Source: Eledone cirrhosa
Lineage: Eukaryota
Length of the DNA stretch: 64,000 nt
NCBI GenBank assembly: GCA_964016885.1
Contig: OZ024741.1
Span: 141,918,001-141,982,000, forward strand
Direction: 5' to 3'
Positions within the stretch are counted from its first letter, which is position 1; the number at the start of each line of letters is the position of its first letter. The position numbers and the translations under genes were made by a program. Positions 24,281 to 37,290 of this stretch are shown here, piece after piece. The notes under the pieces are model-generated. The model had not been told where the DNA came from, searched no databases, and saw nothing but the letters and a program-made list of their open reading frames with translations.

Positions 24281-26028
24281 AATAACGGAAAGAGAGAATG
24301 GAGCGTTGTACCAAAAGATATTTTTATATCTAGGTCTTCTCCTTTTGTTAGCAGTATGATTATTACTAGCTAGATTACTAGAGTTATTATAAGCTCTGCC
24401 AAGGTTAAGTTCTTTAGTATACCTAATTTTGCCTAGTTATCCAGCCCCAGATAGGGCATTATTGTAATAGTTGGCATTAGCTTCGAAGATATCTTTATTA
24501 GAGGATAAATTAGAAATTCTTTTTCCTACACTTTTGACTATAGCAGTTTTAACATTATTAGGGTGGTTAGATTTAAAGTTAACGTAATTTAAGTTCTCGT
24601 TATCCTTATGATATGGGTAATATAGGCTGGTATCTATATTAAGGGATATATCAAGGAAATTTTTAAGTTAAGATATTTTTCTTAATTATATTAAAGTTTA
24701 CATTGTTACAATTAGAGACAGTAAAAGGAGCATCATCACGATAAATCCCACCGCAAAGTTGTGGAATTTTCCGGTTTAAAGAATTCAAGATGAAAATTCC
24801 AACTAAGTCGGTCAGTTGGTGATGTCGAAATTGTTGGAAGTATCCGCTCTTGTCCAATATTCATTCTTAAATTCCAAGATGGTTTTCCTAGTGGTGAGAA
24901 TGATGTTTATTTCTTCACTAGTAATGTCCGTATATGTTAACGCATATGAGAGAGCCTTGTTTAGGAGTGAAGCAGAAATAGATGAGTAATAGCTAGTGAT
25001 ATCTAATTGAATAAATTTCAGTTTGTTTGTATTTTTTAGGCCGTTGAACCAGTCTATTACATCAGATGAACCCAACCATAAATTTAGTTGAAGATTTATA
25101 CCTAACCTGTGGGATAATTCTATCCAAGATTTATTAACAATCCCTAGGTCAGATTTAGAAGGGGCAATTAGTCTTACAGGCAAGTCCGTTCGAAAATTTC
25201 TTTTATGATCCTTCAGACTAATCCTCGGAGTTCTTGAGAAGAAAGGTTCTGTTTTTTTCTCAATTCCGAGGTTTTAAACCTAGTATACGAATGTAAAGTG
25301 ATAACTAGTACCAATACCTATACCTACATTGGCTCTACTTCTACCTCCTTTAAAGCAAGATTCTATAATCATTCTTCTACATTTAAATCTCCACTTAAAA
25401 GGACCAGCACCGCATTCTCAGAACTTATTTGGTCCTTAAAAGACGAAAACATAAATTACGAAATTTCTTGGCGTAAAATCTACAACGCATCTCCATACTC
25501 CAATGCTTCCATATCTAGTGTTTGTAATTTACCATTATCTCTAATTTCAACACAATACTAAAACCTTTTTTTCTATAGCCTTAGATTTTCATTCAAACCT
25601 TCGTAGATTCTATAAACAAATTATGACGTCATATGTTTTTCTACGTTTATAAACCTTTCTAGCAATTTCCTTTATTTACTTGTTGATATAAAATAAAAAT
25701 TAAATAGTATACCCCACATATATAGATTTTTACTAGAAATTATTAATTTTGACATAGATAGACTATTTTTATTTTATTTTATTTTATAAAAATCTTTTTT
25801 TATATTTATTTTATTTTATTTTATTTTATTTTATTTTATTTTATTAATACATTTTTACACTTCTTAATCCAATTTTCAGTATTTAAACCCAATATAAAAT
25901 AATATACCCAGTTTCTATTTTTAGACCTCTAATATTTCGTCTATAATATTCGCACATACACCTCATCAATTTACTTGTTAACCGTTATTTACAGCTGTTT
26001 TCATTTTGACAGCGTTCCTGATCAAAAG

Positions 26029-26069
<41 letters not shown>

Positions 26070-26219
26070 TCCTTTTTTCTTCTTTTTTTTCCTTTCTTCT
26101 CTTTCTTTTTTCTTTTCTCCTCTTCTTTCCTTTTCTTCTATTTTCCTATCTATAGTATCATATGTAGACTTAGCACTTTCCTGTAAACAAGTGTTATTAT
26201 GCCTCATATCATGTTACCT

Positions 26220-26289
26220 TATTGTATCTGATGAGTACACAATTTTTGTCCCAGGATGATTTTGTATTCGAAATGCGCATAATAAAATA
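26220..26289 (+). ncRNA. Minimal type I hammerhead ribozyme in a Penelope LTR
   Basis: tattgtat CTGATGA gtacac...gtattc GAAA tgcgca TA ataaaata. Confidence 0.75.
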
Positions 26290-26647
26290 TATGGAACTCT
26301 TTTAACCATCTTTTAATTTCTTCTTTATATATGCTCTAGCTCTACCAACTGTTGAGTGCTACCTATCTGATATATACATAGTTTTATTGTTCTACAATAT
26401 TACTCACCTCCTACATATATTTATATATATATACACACACATACATACAACACCACACACAAATCGTCTCCCAAAGTTAGTGAAGCTATCATTAATCCTC
26501 GCCGAGTGCAGTAACTTGCAAATTTTTCGTAATTCATGAAATGCGATAATAATACATCTAACGGACACACGCACACAAACAAATATATCTATTCATACAT
26601 AGACATAAATATAGGCGAAGTCTATATATACATAGACATATATATAT

Positions 26648-26862
26648 AGGCGAAGTCTGGTCCGAATAGCGCATGCGCCAAGGCTGGTCCGAAGTGCGCA
26701 TGCGCGAGAGCTGGTCCATACTGCGCATGTGCGAAGTCTGGTCCAAAGTGCGCATGCGCGAAGTCTGGTCCGTACTGCGCATGCGCGAAGGCTGGTCCGT
26801 ACTGCGCATGCGCGAAAGCTTGTCAGAAATGCGCATGCGCGAAGGCTGATCAGAAGAGCGCA
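26648..26862. repeat. GC-rich 27-bp minisatellite (7-8 units) carrying GCGCATGCGC
   Basis: GCGCATG(C/T)GC at 26669, 26696, 26723, 26750, 26777, 26804 and 26831. Confidence 0.9.
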
Positions 26863-27149
26863 CCCACCCTGAAACCCTCCGTTATACGTGTCTATGGAAG
26901 CTCAGACACTCTCACCTTAATTTCAGGCAGTTCCATTTGAGTAACCTAGCTGGAAGAATCCTCGTCGCAAGCGATAGGGTACCATCATACATATTAACAC
27001 ATAGACACACACACACGTTTCAAAGAGAATAGAAGAAATCAATAAAATAAGTACTAAATTTTAAAATATATATACTGGTACTGAGGTCAAGAAAACCCTT
27101 TAATCGTGGTACCCCAGCATGGGCACAGTCTAACGTCTGAAACAAGTGC

Positions 27150-30100
27150 AGGCCGGAGAATTGTTCCTCCTCCTTCAATCTATGGTTCCCCTCGCTTCTA
27201 CAGTGAGTGCTTTCAGTGAGTGCTTTCTACAGTGAGTGCTTTCGATGACTGTGGTTCGACACATGGGAAAGCCATCTTATTTCATCACGGTAACAACTAA
27301 CCCTAACTGGGATGAAATAAAAATAGTTTGCACCCTGGTGAAGAACCTAGAGACCGTCCTGATATTTGTGCAAGAATCTTCAAGATCAAGTATGACAGCC
27401 TCATGGATGACATACTGAAAAAAAATGTCCTAGGAAAAGTTTTGGCGCATTCTGCTACAATAGAGTGGCAGAAAACGAGGCCTCACTGATGTTCATATTC
27501 TGCTGATAATGGCTGAAGATAGCAAGCCCAAAACTGCTGATGCCATTGATCAGGTAGTGTACTGTGAGATTCCTGATAAAGAGACCAATCCAATTCTGCA
27601 TAAGATCGTCACATCCTGCAACATTCATGGCCCATGTGGACAAGCTAATATGATGTGCTCATGTATGGAAGGGCTAGGACAACAACGCCATTGCTCAAAA
27701 AGTTATCCCAGGGCATTCAGACAAACCACATTTGTTGCCGAAAATTCCTTTCCGGAGTATAGAAGAAGGGATAGACAGCATGGTGGTCACACCCATACAA
27801 TCCAACTTAAAGGTCAAGCATTTACTGTTGATAATCGTTGGATTGTTCCATAAAACCCTTTCCTCTCATTAAGATATCAGTGCCACATCAATTGTGAGGG
27901 TGTCCACAGTGTCAAGGCTGTTAAGTACTTATATAAGTACATCACAAAAGGATCAGACAAGAACACTCTCACTATTAAGGATGATCAAGGAAATTGTGTC
28001 CATGCCAAAAGGAAATTGAGACCGATATCAATGCACGGTACATCTCAGCCAGTGAAGCATTCTGGAGAATCTATAAATTTCCATTACATCATCGAAAACC
28101 ACCAGTTGAAAAGTTGCCTTGCCGTTTACCTGGGGAACAAATAGTCGTGTATGAGCGAGGGCAGGAAGAAAGTATTGTTTCTAGGGGACATCCAATGACT
28201 AAGATGACGGAATATTTTCAACTGAATATTAGAGACCCACTGGCACAAAACATATTGTATATTGATATTCCTAAATATTTCACTTGGACAAACAAAAAGT
28301 GGCAAAGAAAAAAGGAACATATGGATGGAGATCAATAATTTATGAGTGATTCTCTTGGACGCATTCCAACAGTATCCCTCAGTAGACATCAATCTGAATT
28401 TTATTACCTCAGGATGATCCTACATCACAAAACTAGGTCAACTTCATACAAAGATTTGAGGACAATTGAATGAGTTGAATTTCCAACATTCCAAGAAGCA
28501 TGCAGGAAACTTGGTCTGTTAGATGAGGATGGAGAAAAAGACAAAGCTATGGAAGAGGCCTCATCCATTACGCTTGGTCCTCAGCTGCGAGAGATTTTTG
28601 CCCCATTTTATTGTACAGCATGCCAAATGACCCTCTGCAGTTCTGGGACAAATGGAAGAATTGTCTTGCAGAGGATATCATGCATGAACGTCATGAGCAA
28701 GTCATGTCTATGCAAACCGTGCAGATTATTCTACAGAAGATCCAACAAAGACTTCAACATGATGGCTTGGATATTCATTCCAACTATGGACTTCCTCGGC
28801 CAGACCCAACTATTGTTGTTATACCAGAAATCAACAGGGTTCTTATGGCAGAAACTGATTTCAATACACACAAACTGCAAGCAAACATAAATGAACTTCT
28901 GCCAACACTGAATCCTGAGCAACTAGTTATTTTTCACAAAGTAATCACCTCTGTAAATGAAAATGAAGGCAGGGTTTTCTGCTTGAATGCAAGTGCAGGT
29001 ACAGGAAAGTCCTATGTCATAAATATCATATTGGATTACCTCCGACCAAAAAAGAAAATTGCACTTGCCACTGCCATATCTAGAACAGCAGCCACTTTGA
29101 TTCACAAAGGTATAACTCTTCATTCCAAGTGCAAGATTCCTCTCAATGTGACTGCTGAATCAACTTGCTTCTTCACAAAGAGGGATGACACAGGTAAACT
29201 TATGCAGTAAACTAACCTGCTAATCATTGATGAGATAGGTGTGGGACATAAGCATATCTTTGAATACTTGACAGGAGCTTCAAAGACGTTCGAGATTGCA
29301 AAAAGCCATTTGGTGGTGTAACAGTATTACTATATGGTGACTGGAAGCAAATTCTTCCAGTTGCACGTCATGGTGCTAGACCACAAATAGTTGAAGCAAC
29401 CATCAAGATATCCTATCTCTGGGACTATGTGGAAACCATGGAAATGACAACCAATCAACGGTTAATTAATAGAGGATTCTGATGAATGACAGTTTGAAAA
29501 CTACCTTCTTGATGTGGGAAATGGTAACATTCCAACTGTACCCACTGTAGGTGCATTCACAATTCTTCTGCCAAATGAACTTTGTCTGGAATATGGCAAT
29601 GTGTCTGGACTGTGTGATTTTGTGTATACAATTCTTCCAGGAAACTGCACAAACCCACTATGGCTTGCAAATAGAGCCATTATCACTCCAACAAATACTG
29701 CAGCAAGATTGGTGAATGAGTTCATGGTCAACAAGTTCCCTGGTCATGAAATAATCTACAGAAGCTCTGATACAGTAGATAATGAACTGCAATATCCAAT
29801 TGAGTTCATCAACAAACTTACCCCATCAGGCTGCCCAATACAGATACTTAAACTGAAGCAAAGCAGTTGCATCATACTTCTGAGAAATATTGATCCTCTA
29901 AACGAGCATTGCAATGGTACGCGCTACATTATCATCAGTTTACATAATCATGTAATTGAAGCTGAAGTGGCATTGGGTCCCAATGCTGGAACAAGGTTGC
30001 TAATCCCAAGGATACCACATGTATCTCAAGAGCTTGAGTTCCCTTTCACCTTTACTCGCAAGCAATTTCCTGTCAAACCAACCTTTGCCCTTACATGCAA

Positions 30101-30739
30101 CAAGGTACAAGGGCAGACATTTGAAAAGATAGTTGTATATCTACCAACATAATTCTTCTCACATGGTCAGATGTATGTTGCATTATCACGAGTTACAAAA
30201 AAAGAAAATATAAAAATATTAAATGAAAGGTCTGTTTGCTGACAACTGTGTCTACAAAGAAATTCTACAGTGATGTGAAACAGCTATCACTCTCTTTTAG
30301 TTGAAATGCATTTCAGTTTCTTTTTAACTGCTAGAAAAGGGACACTAAAAAAACTTAAGAAGTCTATATGTGAATACAGTAAAACAACAATATAGCGAAG
30401 GTCAACTCTTCATATTGGTAAATGTAATTCATTCATTCATACCAGCAACATCTATTTTCAAATTCACTGCTTGAAGCTTCCCATCGACATTCTCAAGTGA
30501 AGATTCATGAACATTTTCCGTCAACAGTTTCATCGCTTTTCCATCTCCATTATCGCCTTTTTTAATGTATCAGGGATTACTTTACTGATTACAGAAGTAA
30601 GTGTAACACAGTCTTTGTTCAGTTTATGTGCATATTGTCAATTTACGTATTATATCTATGTGCATATATATTTGCGTATATCAATATACACACTATATAT
30701 GGTAGCAGAAAACCGCTCGTAGGGCGATTCTTCTGCTAG
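27150..30739 (+). mobile_element. Helitron, decayed Rep/PIF1 helicase with intact 3' end
   Basis: Rep motifs GKPSYFITVTTNPNW, degraded EWQKRGL.HVH, VDNRWIVP and KYLYKYITKG. Helicase motifs ASAGTGKS, GDWKQILPV, LRNIDP...CNGTR, QFPVK..FALT.NK.QGQT and FSHGQMYVALSRV. Subterminal hairpin and CTAG|T at 30736-30740. Confidence 0.93.
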
Positions 30740-30820
30740 TATATATAATTTAGATTGATATAGAATAATTTCGACCTACCTATATATAAATATATATATA
30801 TATATTTATATGTGTGTGTC

Positions 30821-30860
<40 letters not shown>

Positions 30861-30884
30861 TAGATAGATAGATACAAACATGTA

Positions 30885-30946
<62 letters not shown>

Positions 30947-32838
30947 TACATATATATATATTTATATACATAAATACACAAATATATATACATATATATA
31001 AAAAGAGAGAGAATGGGAAGTGTCAGAAAGAAAAATCTAAAGATGAATGAAAGACATTGTAACAAAAGTATTATAGAGGAAAATAATAAATGGTTCGCTG
31101 GTTTTACGAAGATATCTTCTTGTCTTCAGGTTTTGTTAGAAGCGTGAACGAAATTGACAAGTTAAAACTTGAATGTAGCAAATTTGTACTGAAATCTGCC
31201 GATATTGCAAATGTGGAAATGAAATTGATGTCTCACTTACTGAAGTAGAATATGTTTATTGAATAACTCCAGCTTCTGATGTTAAGAAAATGGACATTTG
31301 TCTAAAGCCAGAATTTGAAGTTTCTTCAGAATTAGGCCAGGCAATGGCTTACGTTGGAATATCTGTCGAAAATAGCGAACTTGTCAAATAAAAATAGATT
31401 TTGGGATTGATTTCTATAATGTTCTATAAATTAAACACGAAATTTGAATATTTTACAAGAAATCGATTTTATCTTACCAGTTTTTCAGTATTCAGATATT
31501 TGTTTCAATGTTCAATTGCTTTAATAGTTCACGCCGTATGCTTCTAAAGTGGTTGAGTCGAGTTTTTTTGGGGTTTTTTTTTATGTGTAACTGAACTTAC
31601 TGAAAATAGAAAACCACTCTTGATTGTGTGGTAACATTGAATTTCTATCGGGTAACCATGTCAATATAAAAAAAACTCCTATTGCTTTACTTAGTGAAAA
31701 TTCCTTTATCTATCACAAGAGATAAAATCTAAGCAGGTAGGAAGTAAACGTACTCATTATTCTCATTTTTAATTTTAGGTCACCGACTTTCGGAGATTTC
31801 TACTGAACTATAATGTATAAGAATATATCGTGCATTTATTGCGGTTTCATTCTATAGTTGATGGTAGAGGGGAAGTCTTTTCATTACAACTAATTCTGCA
31901 TCAATATATCTCGCATACAAATGCAAATATGAAATGGACCTCCGTCAGTTTCAGCATTCAGTGTTCCAGGTTTTTTATCAGCTTGTTCATGAAATTAACG
32001 TACCAGAAATCGTTTTAAAGTTAAAATGCATAGAGCAGGTGGTGTTTACCATAGCCTCGTGTCGATCCAAAACTTTTGAGTGAAGCTAAGTAGATTAATT
32101 GTACGGACGTCCATTGGATTGACTATACCTATAATTCAAAAGCCAGCCCTGTTACACTTGTTTCAGAATTAATCATCTCCCCTAGAGTCAAATTAAGGGC
32201 TGACGTGTCAGTGGAATGCTCAGCTACTTGCACGTTAATTTCTTGTGCAGGAGGCTGTTCCGTTGATAGAACAATTGATACACTCATCATCAAAACCGAT
32301 GGAGGCTTATTTTATTCTATTCCATGTCTTGCTTCATACAAATTTGTTTTCATTTTATATTTTTCACTTTTCATTACAGTTAATTCTACACAAATATATC
32401 CCACATACAGAAGCAATTCTATATATGTCCTAATGAGATCTAATATGTGATTGATTAATCACACAATCGGATTTCAATTGATTTTGACATCATAATTGAA
32501 ATATATTTTAATTTGAACTAAATTACAGACGATGATATTTTCTACTTTATGGTGAATGTCAATTAGTCATAAGATAATGTATAGCAGAGAAACGTTAAAA
32601 ACGTCAGATAGAATGTTTTGTGGTGTACCTGCCGACACTTTGCGACTTTTGAGTTCAAATCCTGCCGATGCCAACTTTGCTCTTCATCCTTTTCAGATGG
32701 ATAATAAGAACTACTAGTACTGTACTGGTATCGGTTTTCTCTCTTAGTCTCTCTCTCTGTCTCTCTGTCTCTCTCTCTCTCTTTCTCTCTCTTTCTCTTC
32801 GTTCTCTCTCTCTCTTCTTTCTGTCTCTGTCTCTCATC

Positions 32839-32912
<74 letters not shown>

Positions 32913-33039
32913 ATATATATATATATCACTCTCTATGTATGATATTTTCTCCTAAATCGGTATTAATGTGGTGTGGTGTGGTAAATAAATATATACATAT
33001 ACACCAGATTTGAACACAATGAAACCAAACTCTCACTGT

Positions 33040-33520
33040 CACTTCCTTCGTTTCTGCCACTCTCTCCATCTCTCACTATTATAAGCAAATGGGGGCCAAC
33101 GCACTGGCCGTCCTGAGGCCCCCGTGGACAGAATAGAGAAGATGTTTCTACTGATGCTGGCAAGGGAGACGCGCTGGAATAGCCATTCCAACTCGCAAAG
33201 CTCACACCTGCGGGTAGCCAACTATGCGCCGATGGTGGTGAGTAGGGAGCTGGTCCTAGGGCCAAGGACACCGGAAGTCTTCACTGCTACGGGCTCGACC
33301 GCAAACCTATCGGAGAATGACCGCTATTTGGAGAGTTTACTCTCCTCAGCCCGAAGTGCATCAGAGCCTGGGTTAGTCGCAAACAACACCAGGTTGTCGC
33401 TGGAGAATGTGTCGCTGCATGTGACATCACAGATAAGGGGTTTACCACCGCGGAACGTGAAGATGGTCATGTCGTCTGCCCTTTGTTCAGAGTCCAGACA
33501 TGGAGAGGAGATGGGCACCG
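33040..33520 (-). mobile_element. CRE-clade-like RLE retrotransposon 3' fragment
   Basis: Translates as DDMTIFTFRGGKPLICDVTCSDTF...AEESKLSK*...PVAVKTSGVLG...WLFQRVSLA, the typical CRE endonuclease C-terminus. Confidence 0.7.
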
Positions 33521-33654
33521 CTTAAAGTGCTTAAAGTGTCCAAGACGCGGCATATGTCACGACTTCCTCAAGAGTTAGAGTTCCATACATATATACAGTG
33601 TAAAACATTTTGCACGACCGTTGCTATTGTAAAGATTGAGGCATCTTTCCATAG

Positions 33655-33980
33655 AGGTTAACTTTGCCTTTCATCCTTACGAGGTCGATAAAATAAAGTA
33701 CCAGTAATGCAATGGGGTCGATTTGATCGACTTCCCCCTCCCCCAAAATATGCTGGCCTTGTGCCTATATAAGAAACCATTAATCTGTTGCGCGTACAAA
33801 GTACTTTGCGATACTTGTTCCAATTCTTTACGTTCTGAGATCAAATCCCTTTAACGTAGAATTTGCGAATCCTCTGGGATCGGTTATAATAAATTACAAG
33901 TTAAGTACTGGGTGGCAATTTAATCGACTTCCTTCTCCAAAAAGATTGCTAACCATGTGCCTAAATTAGAAACCGTTATT
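33655..33980 (+). mobile_element. Two degenerate family A SINE copies
   Basis: actttgcctttcatccttacgaggtcgataaaataaagtaccag core and ggccttgtgcct...agaaacc tails. Confidence 0.7.
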
Positions 33981-35059
33981 GTGTTGCACATAAAAGCGGT
34001 GTGTAATGGTGAGGGTGTTTGATTCCTGGCGACACGTTGTGTCATAGTGCAAGGCACCTTATTTCACGTCAGCCCAGTCCACTCAGAACAAAAATGTATT
34101 GTGCCTTTAATTCAGTTTGCATGATTAAATTAGGTAAATAATTTCCTGTGGTCAATAAATATATAAAGATCCTTGCTAAGAAAAACTCAGTCGTAGTAAT
34201 TTTTAGTGTAGTCAAAGCAAAAAATGTTTAAAACTAGGTTTTTCAGTTAACCAAACTATTAGTTGAAATTATCTTATTTCAGAGAATGGTGCACGAAAGA
34301 AAAAAAGGGAGGATGGATGCACATTTTAGAGCTGGTCTAGGGTGCTAAATAACCCGGCGCCAACTCTGCATATAGCAATACACACATGTTTTGGTTTTCC
34401 TATAATGTATTCACGTAGACATACACGTAAATAAAAGATCATTTAAGATCAATAATAATTGATTTTAACCTTCAAATCACAGATGATGAGATGCAGATAA
34501 CTTTAAATATGTAGATAGAAACAGCTTGTATATTTTAAACTGTCAACCATAAATCCTAGTATACATTCGAAACTGATAAAAAACATTTTGAATGTTATGA
34601 AAAATCTGATGAAGGAGATTTATCCTCAGATCCTATATAAATTATAAGCTAATGCGATTATTTTTATCTTACACTGCCGGTGGTTATCAAAGATATATTT
34701 TCTATACTTTTTTTAAATAAACTCATGTGTAAATAATTCTGTCACTAATTCTAAACCTTCTACAAGAACTTACTCATAATTTCTGTCAGAGATACGTGAC
34801 CTAGCATGGCACAGTATAGTTACTAAGAGGATATATACTTGGGTGTGTGCGCGCGTGTGTGCGCGTCTGCATGTGTGTCAGACCCCCATTGGTTCCAGTG
34901 TCTAGTGTTCCAGTTGTTGCCAAATAGATCAGCCTACTCGTTACATTAACGTGGAAGTAACACAGAAACGTAATTCTCAGGAAGATTCAGCAAGCTGTTC
35001 CTTTCATCAAACAACTGGAACACTCTTCAGAACAAACAGAGGTCCAACACACCCACAAT

Positions 35060-35360
35060 AGGTGAAGGCGCGTGGCATAGTGGACAGAATGGTCTCGATT
35101 GTAAAGCTCCAAGTTCGATTTCTCGCAGCGCGTAAAGTCATTGAACAAAATACTTTATTTTCTGTTCATCTAATACTCTCAGCTGGAAAAAAAAAATGCG
35201 ATGTATCAGTAACTCAAAGGGCATACCTTATCACACACTATGTCAAGTGAAATCTCTTTCAGAACTACGTTATGGGTATATATGTTAGGGGAATGCTCAG
35301 ACACTTGCACAATTTCACGAGCAGGCTATTTAGTTGTTCGAACCGACGGAGGTTCAACAC
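35060..35360 (+). mobile_element. tRNA-derived SINE, family B. Other degenerate copies near 32130-32310, 34880-35030, 37560-37830, 39370-39625, 46900-47050, 47410-47925, 49360-49640 and 52520-53080
   Basis: tRNA-like head ggcgcgtggcatagtgg...gttcgatt, middle actttattt..c...ctcagctgg and tail acttgcac..aatttcacgagcaggct...aaccgacggag recur across the window on both strands. Confidence 0.65.
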
Positions 35361-35839
35361 TTACCATCAGCACTACATTCACCCCGTATCTTTGCGCTAT
35401 CGTACTTTCTATTATGGCTCTTTTTTTTTTCTTTCTTTGTAGAATTCTGAAGACGTCATATTTCTAAGTTTTCTATTGAAATTTGTTTTCGTTGGTTTTA
35501 TAAGTTGTCGTAAAGAGTTAATCCAGCGGTTTTTGAACATTTGGAAATTTGCCAAAATTAATGATTAAATGATATATTCTAATTCCAGTCACCAACTGAT
35601 CCTGGAAAATGCCCTACTTCCGTCGGGCAAATTACAGTATACGACCCCCAGACATTTTTTACTTTATTCTCAGCATGTCGTCTAGCTTTATTATCATTCG
35701 AAAATATATTAGAAACTGTACGCAGTGTCTTGTTGTGATCTATTTATATACCTAATCGATATTTATAATATATACTGGTTTATAAAACAGTCCTATAATC
35801 TAAGTATGTATATCAAGCCATTCTCATTGTTAGAACAAA

Positions 35840-37290
35840 TGTTTATCTATCTATCCATCTATCTATCTATCTCTCATCTATCTTACCATTTATCCATCTA
35901 TCTATCATCTATCTATCGATCTACATATCTATCTATCGATCTATCTATCTATCTACATATCTATCTATCTATCGATCTATTTATCTATAGATTTACATAT
36001 CTATCTATCCATCATCTATCTATCATCTATCCCTTATGTGTCCATCTATCATCTATCTATCTATTTATCTATCTATCTATCTGTCATCTGTCATCTATCT
36101 GTCATCTATTTATATATCTGTCTATCATCAATTTATCTATCATCCATCTATCTATCGATCTATCTATCATCAATCTATCTATCATCCATCTATCTATCGA
36201 TCTATCTATCATCAATCTATCATCTATCTATTATCTATCTATCTGTCATTTATCTATCCATCTATCTAATATCTATCTATCTATCATATATTTATCTATC
36301 ATCTATTTATCTATCAATCATATCCTTCTATCATATATCTATCTATCTATCATCTATCTATCATATATCTATCAATCATGTCCTTCTATCATCTATCTAT
36401 CTATATCATCTATTTATCTATCATATATTTATCTATCATATATTTATCTATCATCTATTTATCTATCATATATTTATCTATCATATATTTATCTATCATA
36501 TATTTATCTATCATATATTTATCTGTCATATATCTATCTATCATCTATCTATCTATATCATCTATTTATCTATCATATATTTATCTATTAATCATGTCCT
36601 TCTATCATATATCTATCTATCATATATCTATCTATCATATATTTATCTATCATATATCTATCTATCATCTGTTTATCTATCATATATTTATCTATCATCT
36701 ATTTATCTATCATCTATTTATCTGTCATATATCTATCTATCATCTATTTATCTATCATATATCTATCTATCATCTATTTATCTATCATATATTTATCTAT
36801 CATATATTTATCTATCATCTGTTTATCTGTCATATATCTATCTATCATCTATTTATCTATCATCTATTTATCTATCATCTATTTATCTATCATCTATTTA
36901 TCTATCATATATTTATCTATCATCTATTTATCTATCATATATTTATCTATCATCTGTTTATCTGTCATATATCTATCTATCATCTATTTATCTGTCATAT
37001 ATCTATCTATCATCTATCTATCTATATCATCTATTTATCTATCATCTATTTATCTATCATCTATTTATCTATCATCTATTTATCTATCATCTATTTATCT
37101 ATCATCTATTTATCTATCATCTATTTATCTGTCAATCATGTCCTTCTATCATCTATCTATCTATCATATAGCTATCTATCTACCATTTATCTATCATCTA
37201 TTTATCTATCATCTATTTATCTATCAATCATGTCCTTCTATCATCTATCTATCTATCAGATATCTATCTATCTACCATTTATCTATCATC
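35840..37290. repeat. (ATCT)n-derived satellite with a 15-bp unit TCATMTATTTATCTA
   Basis: Directly visible 15-bp periodicity from about 36400 to 37130. It explains the S/I/Y/L/H-rich pseudo-ORFs. Confidence 0.95.

Larger units (their letters stand above)
22410..26415 (-). mobile_element. Penelope-like element (Naiad-type RT plus C-terminal GIY-YIG), decayed, with 5' inverted copy
   Basis: RT fragments KFIQLDITSYYSSIS...FDIT and GIYRDD (24663-25183). GIY-YIG region KCNYPIRTNCPLSNFCL..ILVYEC...YIGSTSTSFKARFYNH (23377-23871). 25279-26330 is an inverted copy of 22410-23614. Hammerheads at 22453-22522 (-) and 26220-26289 (+). Confidence 0.88.

Noticed and set aside
26648-26862. CRISPR-like appearance of regularly spaced palindromic repeats (also 43323-43422)
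   Set aside because: Units are contiguous tandem repeats without unique spacers, there are no cas genes, and the context is eukaryotic.
34590-34640. CTGATGA followed by a small hairpin
   Set aside because: No GAAA/NUH or stem I partner found, so not called as a hammerhead.
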